Assembly: GCA_030612025.1 (NCBI GenBank)
Contig: JAUWOR010000009.1
Coordinates: forward strand, 29,482-93,481
DNA: 64,000 bases
Direction: 5' to 3'
DNA from: Dehalococcoidia bacterium
GTDB lineage: Bacteria > Chloroflexota > Dehalococcoidia > GIF9 > AB-539-J10
Within the stretch, counting starts at the first letter, position 1, and the number at the start of each line of letters is the position of its first letter. Below the pieces are notes generated by a model. The model was not told the DNA's origin and searched no databases. It saw nothing but the letters and a program-made list of their open reading frames with translations. The position numbers and the translations under genes are program-made. This document shows positions 9,124 through 17,855 of this stretch, in pieces.

Positions 9124-10452
9124 ATGAATTATAGCCAGGCAGAAGAGTATCTTCATAGCTTTATTGATTACGAAAAGATTCCCGGTATATCTTACGCCTC
9201 CCATGACTATAGCCTGAAGCATGTAGAAGAACTTTTGCACCGATTGGGTGACCCTCATTTAGCCGCCAAGACAGTTCATGTAGCCGGTACCAAGGGGAAG
9301 GGGAGCATAGCAGCTATGATTGCCCAGGTTTTGACTGTCTCAGGCTATCGGACGGGATTATATACCTCCCCCCATTTTTACACCTTAAGGGAGCGCATCA
9401 GGGTGGGCAGTAATTTGATTTCGGAAGAAGAGTTCGCTGCTTTGATGACGGAAGTAAAGCCCTATTTTGAGGCCATGAACCACGACCCTCTTTATAGGCA
9501 ATTGACTTTCTTCGAAGTACTGACTGCGCTGGCATTTGCCTATTTCAGGCAGAAGCAAGCAGATTTTCAAGTATTAGAAGTAGGCTTAGGTGGCCGGCTT
9601 GACGCTACCAATGTGGCTAAGCCCGAGGTATGTGTCATCACTCCTATTAGCCTGGAGCACACTCAGGTTTTGGGTGATAGCCTGGAAAAGATAGCTTATG
9701 AGAAAGCAGGCATTATTAAACCTGCCCGCTTTGTGGTGAGTTCTGCTCAGCTAAAAGAAGTGTCTCAGGTAATTAGTGACGTTTGCTGCCAGCGAGGGGC
9801 AAATTTAGTTCAGGTAGGCAAAGATATTACCTGGCGCAGGATAGCTGGTGACTTCCACCAGCAAGCGTTTGTAGTTCAGGGTAAAATGGGTACTCATCAG
9901 CTTACTATTTCACTCTTAGGTGATTACCAGGTTGAGAATGCCGCCACTGCTGTAGCTACCCTGGAGATATTGGCATCCTTCGGCTTTAACATTGCTGCTG
10001 CCGATATTGCCCAAGGGCTGGCCCAGGTTGAGTGGCCGGGGCGATTCCAGATTTTAAGTCATCAACCGATAGTGTTAGTTGACGGTGCTCACAATGTGGG
10101 TTCAATGAAGAGGCTGGTGGAGAACATTAGAGCATATTTTAATTATGACAAACTTTTCCTCATCATTGGGATATCTTGTGATAAAGACATATCGGGGATA
10201 GTGAAAGAATTAATTGGTCTCTCCCCTCAAGTCATCGTCACACGTTCTTCGCATTCTCGTGCCGCCTCCCCTCCACTTATAGCTGCTGAGTTTAGCAAGT
10301 GGGGCATTACCTCAACCATTAGTGCTGCTGTATCCCAAGCCCTTTCCCAAACTTTGTCTATCGCTGGCAGGAAAGACCTCGTTTGCGTTACCGGTTCTCT
10401 ATTTGTCGTGGCAGAGGCTTTGGATTATGCCGCTAGCCATTCCAATTTCTAA
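9124..10452 (+). CDS. folC: folylpolyglutamate/dihydrofolate synthase
   Basis: HVAGTKGKGS, YTSPH, EVGLGGRLDATN, WPGRFQ, DGAHN. Confidence 0.96.
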   Translation: MNYSQAEEYLHSFIDYEKIPGISYASHDYSLKHVEELLHRLGDPHLAAKTVHVAGTKGKGSIAAMIAQVLTVSGYRTGLYTSPHFYTLRERIRVGSNLISEEEFAALMTEVKPYFEAMNHDPLYRQLTFFEVLTALAFAYFRQKQADFQVLEVGLGGRLDATNVAKPEVCVITPISLEHTQVLGDSLEKIAYEKAGIIKPARFVVSSAQLKEVSQVISDVCCQRGANLVQVGKDITWRRIAGDFHQQAFVVQGKMGTHQLTISLLGDYQVENAATAVATLEILASFGFNIAAADIAQGLAQVEWPGRFQILSHQPIVLVDGAHNVGSMKRLVENIRAYFNYDKLFLIIGISCDKDISGIVKELIGLSPQVIVTRSSHSRAASPPLIAAEFSKWGITSTISAAVSQALSQTLSIAGRKDLVCVTGSLFVVAEALDYAASHSNF

Positions 10453-10712
10453 GGTTGAGTTACTATAGGGGAGGTAAGAGCCTCCTTGGGCAGCATATTG
10501 ACTAACATTTGCTGTAACGCCATAGTATGGCTACAAGTCTCCCATTGAGAAAAGAAATGGCAGTTACATTGCCACTTTCCATCAGTGTAGCTTAACTTAT
10601 AATTATTATTATCTCCGCGGAAGTCAGCCGTGAGACCTGACAAGGTAACACGGTCTGGCTCTTGGGCATATCTTTTGGCTTTTTCAATCTTCCCAATAAG
10701 GCTTGATCTCAT
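10449..10712 (-). CDS. small SWIM-type zinc-finger protein
   Basis: WQCNCHFF..TCSH (CxC..CxH); strong RBS AAGGAGG. Confidence 0.75.
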   Translation of the reverse strand: MRSSLIGKIEKAKRYAQEPDRVTLSGLTADFRGDNNNYKLSYTDGKWQCNCHFFSQWETCSHTMALQQMLVNMLPKEALTSPIVTQP

Positions 10713-10728
10713 TCCCGTACCTCCTTAT

Positions 10729-10935
10729 CTATTTATTAAAACCATCCTCAACATAGTTGTTTATTGGTAATCTTAAAGACAATTTCAGCTATCTCAGAGG
10801 TGTTTCACCCCCAAATTTTTGTAGTTGCCTGATTTATCAGGCACAGGCGCCCAATAAATTGGGCAACTACATTTTTAAACGGCCGCTATTTATTAAAACC
10901 CATCTCAACATAGTTGTTTATTGGTAATCTTAAAG
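10729..10935. repeat. 50-bp direct repeats (10729-10778, 10886-10935) flanking a GTAG REP doublet element
   Basis: ctatttattaaaac(ca/cc)..tcaacatagttgtttattggtaatcttaaag occurs twice; the insert matches the reverse complement of 35417-35517. Confidence 0.9.
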
Positions 10936-11045
10936 GGCACTAAGCAAAGTATATAATAGGTCTTGGGAAAAGTCTAGGAAACTAAGCCACTCAAGACAAT
11001 GAGTTCTTGCTATTGTAGTGGGTTTGTTGCCATAGATTGGGGCGA

Positions 11046-11243
11046 TTATGGTTTGTGGTTATTGTGTGTGATAAAACTTTCCACGTCCTCATGTTTGAAC
11101 CTGCGGTCACCCCTTGGCCCCAGGCGGTAGACATGGATCAGTCCTCTATTGGCCCAGTGCCTCACTGTGTTGGCATGAACATGCAAAAGCTGAGCTACCT
11201 CTGTGGTGGTCAATATCTCTGAATTCCTCGACCTCTGTGCCAT
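11046..11243 (-). CDS. HTH_17 (excisionase/BldC-like) DNA-binding protein
   Basis: LTTTEVAQLLHVHANTVRHWANRGLI..RLGPRGDRRF; RBS AGGAGGA before ATG at 11243. Confidence 0.85.
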   Translation of the reverse strand: MAQRSRNSEILTTTEVAQLLHVHANTVRHWANRGLIHVYRLGPRGDRRFKHEDVESFITHNNHKP

Positions 11244-11418
11244 GGTACCCTTATCCTCCTTATTTTTATAGAACATTATTTAACCTAACATTACCTCTAT
11301 TCTCTGTCTATTACCCAAAAGTCCTATGCCTGAGCCTTGGTGGTCATCTCCTTAGCCAAAAGTCCCAGAAAAACAGGACGTCTGTCCTATTTTTGGAGGT
11401 AAAGTAAAGATAATGCTA

Positions 11419-11446
11419 TTGACATGAGTGTGGTGTATGGTAAAAT
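11419..11446 (+). promoter_or_regulatory. sigma70-type promoter
   Basis: TTGACA-16-TAAAAT with extended -10 TG. Confidence 0.75.
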
Positions 11447-11477
11447 AGTCGTAGGACTTAAAAAGGCAAAATTTACT

Positions 11478-11552
11478 GGGTGAGGGGGCGATGAAGCGGG
11501 GCTTGTAGCTGGTCGCTTGGGTTCTGTGGAGCCAATGGCGAAACCGACCTCA
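11478..11552 (+). ncRNA. c-di-GMP-II-like riboswitch aptamer
   Basis: gcgatgaagcggggc..ctggtcgcttgg..gagccaatggcgaaaccgacc resembles the class II consensus (UGAA..GGUCACUUG..GAGCYAGUAGUGAAACCGACC); lies between promoter and terminator. Confidence 0.7.
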
Positions 11553-11573
11553 GATGAGGGGTTTCGTTTTTTT
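11539..11573 (+). terminator. intrinsic terminator (riboswitch expression platform)
   Basis: cgaaacc(ga)cctc-agat-gaggggtttcg followed by a T7 tract. Confidence 0.8.
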
Positions 11574-11587
11574 ATTTGGAGACGCAG

Positions 11588-12289
11588 ATGAAAGTTCTGG
11601 TTGTTGGTGGCTCGCGGGACTCGGCACAAGACATTTCCCTCATCCTGAAGGTAAGATGGCCACAGCTAAGCTTAGTCCAGGCCACTGAAGCAAGGGAAGG
11701 CATAGAGCTGATACATCGGGAACAACCCGACATCGTTGGGCTTCATCTCGATTCAGCAGCTCTGGACTGTTTTGACCTCATAAGCCAGATTCGTAGTTTT
11801 TCCGATGTGCCCCTCATTGTTCTTAGTCAAAGTGATGATGTTGTAGACAAGGTAAGGGCTCTGGAAATGGGTGCTGATGACTGGATTGCCCCATCCTCTA
11901 TACCTATGGAATTTATCGCTAAGGTGACCGCTATCCTTCGCCGTTGCGCCGCTAATGCTAAGGAGCAAGTCTCCTCTTTCCTCGACGGCAAGCTAAGGAT
12001 AAATTACGCCACTCATGAGGTATGCGTCTCGGGAAGACCAGTGAAGCTGACCCCTATCGAGTATAAACTTCTTTGCCAGTTAGTCAAAAATGGGGGAAGC
12101 GTAGTCAGCCAGGTAAATTTGCTCCAGAGTGTCTGGGGACCAAATTATGGAGCTGACCCTGAATTTCTCAAGAAGTATATCTACCGGCTACGCTCTAAAG
12201 TTGAAGAAGAGCCTGCTGCCCCGAAAATCATTCTCACTGAAAGAGGTGTAGGCTACATCTTCGTTGGAGCCCCAAATTCTGCAACCTAA
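11588..12289 (+). CDS. atypical OmpR/PhoB-family response regulator (pseudo-receiver + wHTH)
   Basis: LTPIEYKLL, YIYRLRSKVE, ILTERGVGY; receiver has VVGGS instead of VVDDE, GLHL instead of LLDL, and no conserved Lys. Confidence 0.88.
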   Translation: MKVLVVGGSRDSAQDISLILKVRWPQLSLVQATEAREGIELIHREQPDIVGLHLDSAALDCFDLISQIRSFSDVPLIVLSQSDDVVDKVRALEMGADDWIAPSSIPMEFIAKVTAILRRCAANAKEQVSSFLDGKLRINYATHEVCVSGRPVKLTPIEYKLLCQLVKNGGSVVSQVNLLQSVWGPNYGADPEFLKKYIYRLRSKVEEEPAAPKIILTERGVGYIFVGAPNSAT

Positions 12290-12359
12290 TTTCTACCAGT
12301 GATCTAGTTCAGATAGATAGGTGACACTTGGGGCGATTTTTTATGCCATTGTGAGAATA

Positions 12360-12545
12360 AGGCGGGGATGACCCCCGCCACTACGATTAGCTTCCCCTTT
12401 GTAGTACGACCCTTTAGGGTCGTGCGGCACGAGGCTTTAGCCTCGCACTACGAAGTTAAGCTGCTGCACGGCTCGCAATGACAAACAGGGTGAGCCTCGT
12501 AGGGTTTGGGGCTTGTCCCCGACCGAGGTGCGGTGGCGGGGCAAT
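12360..12545. repeat. GTAG REP cluster (REPIN/BIME-like)
   Basis: ggcggggatgacccccgccactac; gtagtacgaccctttagggtcgtgc; gcacgaggctttagcctcgcactac; gtagggtttggggcttgtccccgacc. Confidence 0.88.
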
Positions 12546-12627
12546 GTCAGATATTGCACAGCTTATTGACGAGGTCTTTGGAACTTGCTAGACTGAACCC
12601 AGTAACAGCAACTAATAGGGGCGAAGT

Positions 12628-12864
12628 ATGACAAGAACAACTAAAACTGTAACCTTATCTCTGCCTCCAGAGATGGCAGATAAAATAGAAGAGTTAATGA
12701 AGAAAGAAGGTAGAACTAGGAGCGAGCTTCTAAGGGAAGCCCTCAGGCAATATGTTGAGGAGCGAGAATGGCGGGAAATCTTGAGGTATGGCAGAATGAA
12801 AGCGAAGGAGAAGGGAATCACCGAAGATCAGGTAGAAGACATTGTTGATGCCTACCGAAAGTAG
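12628..12864 (+). CDS. CopG/ribbon-helix-helix antitoxin
   Basis: TKTVTLSLPPEM..RTRSELLREALRQY..KGITEDQV. Confidence 0.88.
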   Translation: MTRTTKTVTLSLPPEMADKIEELMKKEGRTRSELLREALRQYVEEREWREILRYGRMKAKEKGITEDQVEDIVDAYRK

Positions 12865-13021
12865 AGAGCCAGAGGTAGTAATAGATACCAATGTCTTTAT
12901 TTCAGGCCTGAATTTCACTGGAAAACCAAGCGAAGTTTTAAAGTTATTCTGGAAAGGGGAAATAAGAGTTTTTATTTCCCCTTTTATGCTATCCCCATCT
13001 GAGTTTCTTAAATTCTTATAG
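12848..13021 (+). pseudogene. truncated PIN-domain toxin
   Basis: MPTESREPEVVIDTNVFISGLNFTGKPSEVLKLFWKGEIRVFISPFML.. stops after 57 aa; overlaps the antitoxin end. Confidence 0.8.
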
Positions 13022-13133
13022 CAGGGACGCGCCCCCATCAATCAGTTTCCACCAGATAGAGACTTTTTTCTATTACCTAAGTACTGCATCTTTCGTCCTT
13101 AGCAATTAGACTGTGATTTAGGCTTAGCTCAAG

Positions 13134-13526
13134 ATGCGGAAAATCTTACTGATTCATCCTGACTTGGCGCTGGGAGATGACTTGGCTTTTGTATTACAGC
13201 ATTCAGGTTTTCAAGTGACACATGCTATCGAGTGTCAGCAAGCTTTGGCTGAGGTATGCCGAAGCTGCCCTGACCTTGTAGTCATAGCTGAGGGCACCCC
13301 CAAATTGAATGGAGACGAGCTGTGTGTGCGTATTCGGGGGATATGCCAGGTTCCCATCATCATCCTGGGGCAGGACCACGAGGAAGCGGCTGGGATTAAC
13401 CTCCTGGAAATGGGCGCTGATGCTTATTTAACCTCTCCCCTAAACCTGAGGGAATTACTCGCCCGGATTCGTTCCTTACTCCGCCGCGCCAAAGGGAATC
13501 CTAAGGATTATGGAAAAAGAGGATAG
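13134..13526 (+). CDS. stand-alone receiver-domain protein, atypical
   Basis: RKILLIHPD, PDLVVIAE, GADAYLTSPLNLRELLARIRSLLRR; acidic pocket, phospho-Asp and Lys are all substituted. Confidence 0.85.
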   Translation: MRKILLIHPDLALGDDLAFVLQHSGFQVTHAIECQQALAEVCRSCPDLVVIAEGTPKLNGDELCVRIRGICQVPIIILGQDHEEAAGINLLEMGADAYLTSPLNLRELLARIRSLLRRAKGNPKDYGKRG

Positions 13527-13561
13527 TTAAGATGAAAGCTGGCTATAGGAGAAGCAAGAAT

Positions 13562-13786
13562 TTAAAGAAGCTCTGTAAACTCGTCAACCGTGAGGTCAGC
13601 CTTACGGATAAGGGTTCGCAGTGTGCCTGGCTTGAGTTCTTTTCTTCCCCCGGGAACGCTAAGGTGACGTCCGTCGGGATGATAAAGGATGGCATGTCGT
13701 CCTTTCCAGTGGTCAAGAGAGAAGCCAGCTCTCCCAAAGGCTTTGATAGCATCATCTCCTCTTACCACAGGCAGCTTTGCCATCAA
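13562..13786 (-). CDS. hicA: HicA family toxin
   Basis: LPVVRGDDAIKAFGRAGF..WKGRHAILYH..LSVP..ELKPGTLRTLIRKA. Confidence 0.88.
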   Translation of the reverse strand: MMAKLPVVRGDDAIKAFGRAGFSLDHWKGRHAILYHPDGRHLSVPGGRKELKPGTLRTLIRKADLTVDEFTELL

Positions 13787-14076
13787 ACTGGAACCTTAGG
13801 AGTTACCTCTACCTCGTCGGTCTCAATCTTGAGGGGGAGTCCTTCTGCTCTCCGCTCACTTAGACAGCAGCGTATCTCTTGTGACACAAGTTCCGCTGTC
13901 TCTTCCGGCAGAGGCATATTATGTTTCTCTCTCAGGGCTAAAATTCCCTCGATAGCCTCCCGAATGTTAGCCATGGCTTCCTCGCGACTGTCGCCCTGGC
14001 TGACACAACCTGGTAGAGCAGGGCAGTGGATAGAATATCCGATGTTCTCAGGCTCAAGGATAACGGTGAATTTCAT
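13783..14076 (-). CDS. hicB: HicB family antitoxin
   Basis: MKFTVILEPE..GYSIHCPALPGCVSQGDSREEAMANIREAI; RBS GGAGG before ATG at 14076. Confidence 0.9.
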   Translation of the reverse strand: MKFTVILEPENIGYSIHCPALPGCVSQGDSREEAMANIREAIEGILALREKHNMPLPEETAELVSQEIRCCLSERRAEGLPLKIETDEVEVTPKVPV

Positions 14077-14186
14077 AGGTAACCTCCGCTTAAATAGCAT
14101 AGCAACAGGAATTTGAAAATGCAAAATAGTCTGTCTAAAAACCTTCTTGATTACTACCCATGCCGAGCCCTTGGGCTCTATTCCCC

Positions 14187-14228
14187 GCTTTCCTCTCCCT
14201 TGACGGGAGAGGATGAAGGTGAGGGTGA
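14187..14228. repeat. CCCTCACC-type palindromic element
   Basis: ttcctctcccttgacgggagaggatgaaggtgagggtg; near-identical reverse complement at ~32049-32088. Confidence 0.85.
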
Positions 14229-14365
14229 TAAAAGAGCCGGTCGATCTTGGGCCATTGGGCTTAAGCCCGGTAAGGCACGCCGCAAATCAAAGATGAGGTG
14301 GAATTAAGATATGCCCGATGAGATAGAGCAATTCCCAGGCTCCCCGAAATCACCCCTCCAAGCGT

Positions 14366-14735
14366 GTTTTAAGAACGTAGTGCGAGACCTCAACCAAAAA
14401 ATATTTGTAGTGCGAGGCTTTAGCCTCGTGCACGACCCTGAAGGGTCGCACTACGAAAATGTTGAAACTAGGGGTGGTAAGCGGAGCATGGTCGATGTGG
14501 GCAAAAATCTCAACTATGATTGCCAGGTTCTTCTGTATCGTTGTGGCGAGGTTTTTCCCTTTGTCATTGCGAGGCACGAAGTGCCGAAGCAATCTCAAAT
14601 TGGGCAAAAGGAGAAAAAGCGTTCAGTTATCGGTCATCAGCGACCAGCCGGGAGGATGAGGCATCTGACCGCTGAATTCTGAAGGCTGAAAGCTTCTAAG
14701 AAAGCGAAAGCTATTTACTGAAAGCTGATAGCTAA
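14366..14735. repeat. mixed repeat cluster: GTAG doublet with conserved flanks, GTCA repeat, GC-richer heptamer hairpin
   Basis: gtagtgcgaggctttagcctcgtgcacgaccctgaagggtcgcactac; tgtcattgcgaggcacgaagtgccgaagcaatctc; tcagcgaccagc..ctgaccgctgaattctgaaggctgaaagct. Confidence 0.8.
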
Positions 14736-14763
14736 ATGCTTAAAAAACAAGGAGGAAAAATAG

Positions 14764-15774
14764 ATGAAAAAATTAGTTAGCATATTGCTAACACTGGCAG
14801 TGGCAGTTTCACTGTTGGTTATGCCGGCAGTGGTTAATGCTGACAGCCCTAGTGCTGTAGGGTTTAGCACTGAAGGAGATGGCACAGCGGTGTGGTCAGA
14901 TGCAGCATCCCATAGCGGAAGCTACTCGGTTCTATTAACCGCCGCGAACCCAGACAGTGCCGCTGTAGGTATTCCAATTGTTCCAGTTTGGCTGTGGCTG
15001 GCCGATGTAGAACAGTTATCCTTCTGGTACAATAGTGAATCATATCTTCCCGGGACGGGTACTATTGTGGGGCCAGACATGGACCTAATTCTGCTTGATG
15101 GATCTCATCAGCACTATCTAGCTGGCACGGGAGGTGCAGTAGACAGCGGTGGTGCCTGGTGGGGGGCAGATGCCATATCGGGTGCCCATCTTACTCCTTC
15201 AGGTACGGATGCGATATGGTGGTACGGAACCTGGGACGGAACAGATCCAGCCACCTACGTGTCCGTGACGTCTGGTAGTCACATTACATTCGCTGACCTT
15301 AAAGCAGCTCTTTCGGACGCCGTGGTCCTCGGCGTAGTGGTCAACCTTGATCCACCCAGTGTAGATGGAAGCGGAAGTGTCTACGTTGATGACATCACGG
15401 TAAACGACGTCACCTACGACCTTGAGCCTGGTGGAGTAGTGGATATGGGCACCAATGTTTTGGTAGACTCAATCCAGATTGATGTTTCACCAAGCTCCTT
15501 AGGCTTTGGTGACGTTTACCCAGAAGACTGCTCACCTGCCAAGACCCTCACCATCAAGAACACTGGCAGTGTGACAGTCAACCTTTCTGCTTCGACTGAA
15601 TCAGCCTTCTATAATCTTTGTCTTGATATTCAAGGCAGTTCCGTAGCGGGGTGGTTCGTTCCCGGATTAGTGGAAGATGCTGTTCACAATGCGGAGCTCA
15701 AAGTTTGTGTTCCCCCTAACTATCCGGCCGGTGTTCAAACTGGCACCTTAATCATCTGGGCTAGGAAAGCATAA
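14764..15774 (+). CDS. secreted protein with C-terminal Ig-like domain
   Basis: Signal peptide MKKLVSILL..VNA; SPSSLGFGDV..TLTIKNTGSV..TGTLIIWA; RBS AAGGAGG. Confidence 0.8.
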   Translation: MKKLVSILLTLAVAVSLLVMPAVVNADSPSAVGFSTEGDGTAVWSDAASHSGSYSVLLTAANPDSAAVGIPIVPVWLWLADVEQLSFWYNSESYLPGTGTIVGPDMDLILLDGSHQHYLAGTGGAVDSGGAWWGADAISGAHLTPSGTDAIWWYGTWDGTDPATYVSVTSGSHITFADLKAALSDAVVLGVVVNLDPPSVDGSGSVYVDDITVNDVTYDLEPGGVVDMGTNVLVDSIQIDVSPSSLGFGDVYPEDCSPAKTLTIKNTGSVTVNLSASTESAFYNLCLDIQGSSVAGWFVPGLVEDAVHNAELKVCVPPNYPAGVQTGTLIIWARKA

Positions 15775-15784
15775 ACTCCAGTTC

Positions 15785-15813
15785 GATGGAGGTGGCCTTC
15801 GGGCTGCCTCCAT
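15785..15813 (+). terminator. intercistronic stem-loop
   Basis: gatggaggtggcc-ttcg-ggctgcctccatc (UUCG loop, weak T tail). Confidence 0.65.
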
Positions 15814-15835
15814 CCTCTCAATATAAGGAAAGGAG

Positions 15836-16432
15836 GTGAATAAAATGAAAAAACACATAGGTATATTGATAGCAGTAGCTCTTTTGTTATTGCCAATACC
15901 AGCGTTAGCTTCTAGCTTTGGTATTGGCCCGCCAGAAATTGAGCTCGAGGTTCCAAGCGATGGTAGTGCAACAGCAACGTTCTACATAAGTAGTGACTTC
16001 GATGGTGAACTTCAAGTGAGCTTGGTGGATATCCCATTAAAGGTAGAGCCAACAACTATACCAATTACCAAATCAGATAACAACCGTGAAGTAAAACTAA
16101 CTTTCTATGGTGATGATTCTCTTGGTCAGCAAACATTCAATGGTGAAATGAGGTTCTTAGCTTTGACTGGAGGCAACATTGCTAGTGGAATAATAATCGA
16201 TGTCAAAATAACCAATGTAGTTGAAGGGCAACCAATTCCAAAGGAAGCAAGTCCTCCAGAGCAGTCCTCACCTCCAGAGTCAACAGGGCCATCATCAGAG
16301 CAGCCAGCTCCAGAAAAACAGGGTGGAATAGCAGGTATGTCCTCCACCATGGCAATTATCATAGCGGGAGGCCTGGTTTTTGTAGGCCTGATAGTTCTCA
16401 GTATAACCTTACTTAGAAGGAGAAAGTACTGA
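15836..16432 (+). CDS. exported Ig-like protein with Pro/Ser linker and C-terminal membrane anchor
   Basis: Signal peptide; beta-rich domain; PPEQSSPPES linker; TM helix followed by RRRKY. Confidence 0.8.
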   Translation: MNKMKKHIGILIAVALLLLPIPALASSFGIGPPEIELEVPSDGSATATFYISSDFDGELQVSLVDIPLKVEPTTIPITKSDNNREVKLTFYGDDSLGQQTFNGEMRFLALTGGNIASGIIIDVKITNVVEGQPIPKEASPPEQSSPPESTGPSSEQPAPEKQGGIAGMSSTMAIIIAGGLVFVGLIVLSITLLRRRKY

Positions 16433-16881
16433 AAATAATCAAGATTGTCCTGGCTGCGGTGCTATCATTCGCACTGCTAGTGGCAATAACCCCCCTGGCT
16501 CAAGCTGACGATAGCAAAGCCGAAGTCAAGCTAAAGGTTAAAGTTGTCTCACCGGTTACGGTAACTACCGGTTACGCTTGGCCTGTCGGTTACCGTATGG
16601 CCCTTCTACATGGCAGGCTGGATGATATGGGCACCAGCTCATCTGTGGATGTTTACTTCGAGTGTGTTGGAACGACGGACTACGACTCTAGTACCAAAGT
16701 CAGAAGAATGACCCACACAGGGCGTTTTTCCGCTGTCATTCACGACTTAACTCCGGGCACTACCTACCATTTTAGAGCTGTGGCGAAGGGTCATGGCACT
16801 ATAGTCTATGGTGATGAGATTAGCTTTACTACTAAAAAGCAAAAGCGTTTTTGGTGGTGGTTCTGGTGGTGGCGATGGTAA
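16429..16881 (+). CDS. secreted fibronectin-III-like protein with Trp-rich tail
   Basis: VTTG..ALLHGRL..LTPGTTYHFRAVA..YGDEISFTT; probable CTG start at 16429 (track start 16459). Confidence 0.75.
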   Translation: MKIIKIVLAAVLSFALLVAITPLAQADDSKAEVKLKVKVVSPVTVTTGYAWPVGYRMALLHGRLDDMGTSSSVDVYFECVGTTDYDSSTKVRRMTHTGRFSAVIHDLTPGTTYHFRAVAKGHGTIVYGDEISFTTKKQKRFWWWFWWWRW

Positions 16882-17014
16882 GCAATAAGCAGATAGCTAA
16901 GGCTCTAAACACGAGCTAGCAGATTGTAAAGAATTATGTTGTCCTTATACTCGCGAAGTTAAGCAGAAATTAGCTCTGTTTGGGACTGCCAGAGCCAAAA
17001 AGAAATACAAGCAG

Positions 17015-17206
17015 GTGATGGTGCATATCGAGGAGATGCCTTCAGTAAAACCGAACGAGACAGTCATACCTTTAAGCTCTTTGGATGATCTTGTCCGAAT
17101 TGCTGATGACCTGGTTAAGCCGGTGCTGCATCGGATTCAGGAAGGCAGGCATATTTATTGCACCATTGATGGCACAGTAAGATACCAGTACATGAGTCAG
17201 CCTTAA
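17015..17206 (+). CDS. small hypothetical protein
   Basis: 63-aa ORF with RBS-like AGGTG and upstream TTGTAA-16-TATACT. Confidence 0.55.
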   Translation: MMVHIEEMPSVKPNETVIPLSSLDDLVRIADDLVKPVLHRIQEGRHIYCTIDGTVRYQYMSQP

Positions 17207-17248
17207 GAGCGTGCCTTTGAGGGTGCTCCGTAAATGCTTTGCCTCCTA

Positions 17249-17381
17249 CTAAACTAGCACGGGATGGTCAAATTTGATAACGTCAACAGTGAGATGCTTG
17301 GATGGTGTTGTTTTCGCGGAAATCGACATTGACCTTCTGGTTAACTACTTTTCCTCTGCAGAAATAACATCTGTCGCTCAT
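17249..17381 (-). pseudogene. YgiT/MqsA-type zinc-finger remnant with internal deletion
   Basis: MSDRCYFCRGKVVNQKVNVDFR.. then frameshifted ..HLTVDVIKFD; second CxxC missing. Confidence 0.55.
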
Positions 17382-17404
17382 CCTTCTACCTTCTCGTCTT
17401 CCAA

Positions 17405-17620
17405 TCAGATTCCCTCTCCATCCTCCAAGGTGTAAATGTCCTCATCGGGATGGTGCAGGAAATCGTAGCTGCCAGATTGCTGAGCCGCCTGAGCAATGAG
17501 CGAGGCAGCTAAGGCATCTTCCAAGATGAGAATTTCCACCCTTTGCTGCTCAGTGAGGTCTAATTTATGCAGCGGCTTAAAAACTCCGTTTTCATAGATT
17601 GCTGGAATTGTGGATAGCAT
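17405..17620 (-). CDS. AF2212/DUF104 family putative antitoxin
   Basis: TIPAIYENGVFKPLHKLDLTEQQRVEI. Confidence 0.8.
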   Translation of the reverse strand: MLSTIPAIYENGVFKPLHKLDLTEQQRVEILILEDALAASLIAQAAQQSGSYDFLHHPDEDIYTLEDGEGI

Positions 17621-17855
17621 TATTAACTTCCATGGTGAGGATAGCAAAAGGGATAGGCAGATGTCGATAAGAAATGAGGAGTTTGTCAGAAGGAAATGAA
17701 GATTTTTGACATTTTGAGTTGTGACTTTGAATTTTTACCTCTCGCTCAGAATGATGTCCCCTACTGACTACCCTAGAGAGTTGGCACAGCCGCGTATTTA
17801 AAAATGGGAGAATTCAGTGGTCAATAAAGGGGGAAGGCTGAATTTTAGTTGAGAA

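Noticed and set aside
10729-10935. CRISPR array
   Set aside because: Only two 50-bp repeats; the 107-bp spacer is a dispersed REP element; no cas genes.
11046-11243. Prophage or ICE inferred from the excisionase-like gene
   Set aside because: No intact integrase, replication, structural or conjugation genes; a stand-alone regulator is more likely.
13532-14116. 194-aa plus-strand ORF
   Set aside because: Antisense shadow of the recognisable hicB-hicA pair.
14311-14682. 123-aa ORF
   Set aside because: Mostly read-through of GTAG, GTCA and heptamer repeats. Only the first ~17 codons behind an RBS might be a gene remnant.
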